A stretch of DNA of 64,000 nt. Source: an uncultured Holophagales bacterium (GTDB lineage: Bacteria > Acidobacteriota > Thermoanaerobaculia > Multivoradales > UBA5704). Within the stretch, counting starts at the first letter, position 1; every line of letters begins with the position of its first letter. Position numbers and translations under genes: made by a program. The stretch is taken from positions 1,440,001 through 1,504,000 of the forward strand of contig CAWJGT010000009.1 of NCBI GenBank assembly GCA_963842525.1. Direction: 5' to 3'. This document shows positions 62,764 through 64,000 of the stretch, piece after piece. The notes under the pieces were generated by a model. That model worked only from the letters and a program-made list of their open reading frames with translations, searched no databases and was not told the origin of the DNA.

Positions 62764-63696
62764 TCAACACTGAGCAAGCAGATCCAGCAGCCGGGCGCGG
62801 CTCACCTCATCCCGAGCCCGGCCCAGCGCTGTCTCGAAAGCCTCGCGAGCCTCTTCGCTGCGGCCCAGCAGAAGGAGCGCCGTGCCCAGATCGGACCAGA
62901 GCTCCATGCGGCGCGGTTGGCGGCTCACCGCTTCGCGGAAATGAAAAGCTGCCTTTTCTAAGGAGCCTGCGTCGCGTAGCCGGAGGGCAAGCTCCCAGCG
63001 CCTTTTCCAGCTCCGGGGGTGGAGCTGGACATATTCTTCGAGGGATTCCAGAGACCAGCCCGAGATCGGGACCCGCAGCGGCTCGGGCTGGTCGATCGCC
63101 GGGCTGTCTCCGCTTTCGTTCGGCTTGCGTGGAACCTGGATGCTCCCATCTCCAGCCAGATAGGCGTGGAGGTGCTCGCGCAATAGAGTTCGAGCTTCTT
63201 GCATCCGCTTGCGGACGTTGACCTCCGTAAGGGACAGGAGGTCAGCGATCTCTGAGTACGGGATGTCCCGCAGGAGGTGCAACTCCGCGACGGATCGCAG
63301 CCGTGCCGGAAGAGCCTGGATGCGGTCCTGGATCACGGCGATCAGCTCACCCGCCAGCAGCAGCGACTCGAGGCCGGGACCTGTGGCCTCGATCTCTTCC
63401 TCGGGAGAGGAGTCGTCGGTGTCCCTGGTTACGGAACGGGAGCGCTTGCGATGGCGATGGATGTCCATGCATTTGCTGTAGACCAGGCGCAGCAGCCAGC
63501 GGCGCGCCTCGTCGGGCTGTAGCTCGTGCGGCATCTTTTCCAGGGCGACGAGCGCGGCCTGGCCGAGCGCATCGTCGGCGTCCTCTTGGCGGCCGCTGGT
63601 CCAGTGCAGGCTCCGTCGATAGAGCTCGGAAACGTTCTGGCGCCAAGCCATCTCGAAACGGGTTCTCCGCAACTTGTCCGTGTCTTCATCGCTCAC
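62764..63696 (-). CDS. ECF sigma factor with a C-terminal TPR extension
   Basis: EDADDAL, RRWLLRLVYSKCMDIHR (region 2), LPARLR..YSEIADLL..NVRKRMQEAR (region 4), TPR LWSDLGTALLLLGRSEEA; GTG after GAGGGAG. Confidence 0.85.
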   Translation of the reverse strand: MSDEDTDKLRRTRFEMAWRQNVSELYRRSLHWTSGRQEDADDALGQAALVALEKMPHELQPDEARRWLLRLVYSKCMDIHRHRKRSRSVTRDTDDSSPEEEIEATGPGLESLLLAGELIAVIQDRIQALPARLRSVAELHLLRDIPYSEIADLLSLTEVNVRKRMQEARTLLREHLHAYLAGDGSIQVPRKPNESGDSPAIDQPEPLRVPISGWSLESLEEYVQLHPRSWKRRWELALRLRDAGSLEKAAFHFREAVSRQPRRMELWSDLGTALLLLGRSEEAREAFETALGRARDEVSRARLLDLLAQC

Positions 63697-64000
63697 CTCC
63701 CTCTCCTCAACCTCGGTTCCAGCTTCCCGCAAAACTACAGATCGGCATCCCGTCGAATACATCAGGGCTCCTCGGTCGGCGGCCCAACAGACCCGGAGCA
63801 AGGCGGGACTTTCGATCACCAGAAGCATGCAGACACACGGCTTCCTATGCTCGAAAGACGAGCCCGCACGGAGCCTGGATAAAGAGGAGGACCAGGGACC
63901 GGCAAAAGATCCCAGAAGGTTGCCCCCTCCCAAATTGCCGCTATCTACCGTAGGAACGGCTCGAGCTCGTGAGATTGTGAAACTTGAAGACAATGCGCAG

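Overview
GC-rich bacterial window. Gene content (ADOP-type permease, acidobacterial VWFA protein, XRE-TPR regulators) suggests Acidobacteriota, probably Thermoanaerobaculia; this is an inference. From left to right: (1) end of a methionine/trans-sulfuration operon; (2) a 5-kb accessory block with a tandem alphaCTD/HhH-repeat protein and two paralogous XRE-HTH+TPR regulators flanking a secreted 114-aa propeptide carrying three NGCxxDPxGRC repeats, a candidate new peptide-signalling system; (3) a decayed permease, a 63-bp tandem repeat and a MerR unit; (4) a ~28-kb minus-strand defence-like island (10.4-38.0 kb) with four STAND NTPase-TM-WD40 receptors, three SIR2-like/TIR fusion genes plus a decayed fourth copy, a Menshen-like DUF262/DUF3696-AAA trio and an AbrB-Doc toxin-antitoxin pair; (5) a sulfur assimilation/sirohaem operon preceded by an apparently leaderless Cys-rich leader peptide; (6) VWFA and SdrD-B surface proteins, a CreBC(ChvIG)-like two-component system with creD and a zinc metalloprotease; (7) an accessory block with a GH25-like hydrolase, a TPR protein, two paralogous uncharacterised proteins, an AT-rich nuclease-like gene and an ECF sigma-TPR fusion. 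At least six single-base frameshifts, half of them in G runs, suggest assembly indel errors. I recognised no tRNA, rRNA, CRISPR array or intact transposase. All calls come from motif recognition by eye; no searches were run.
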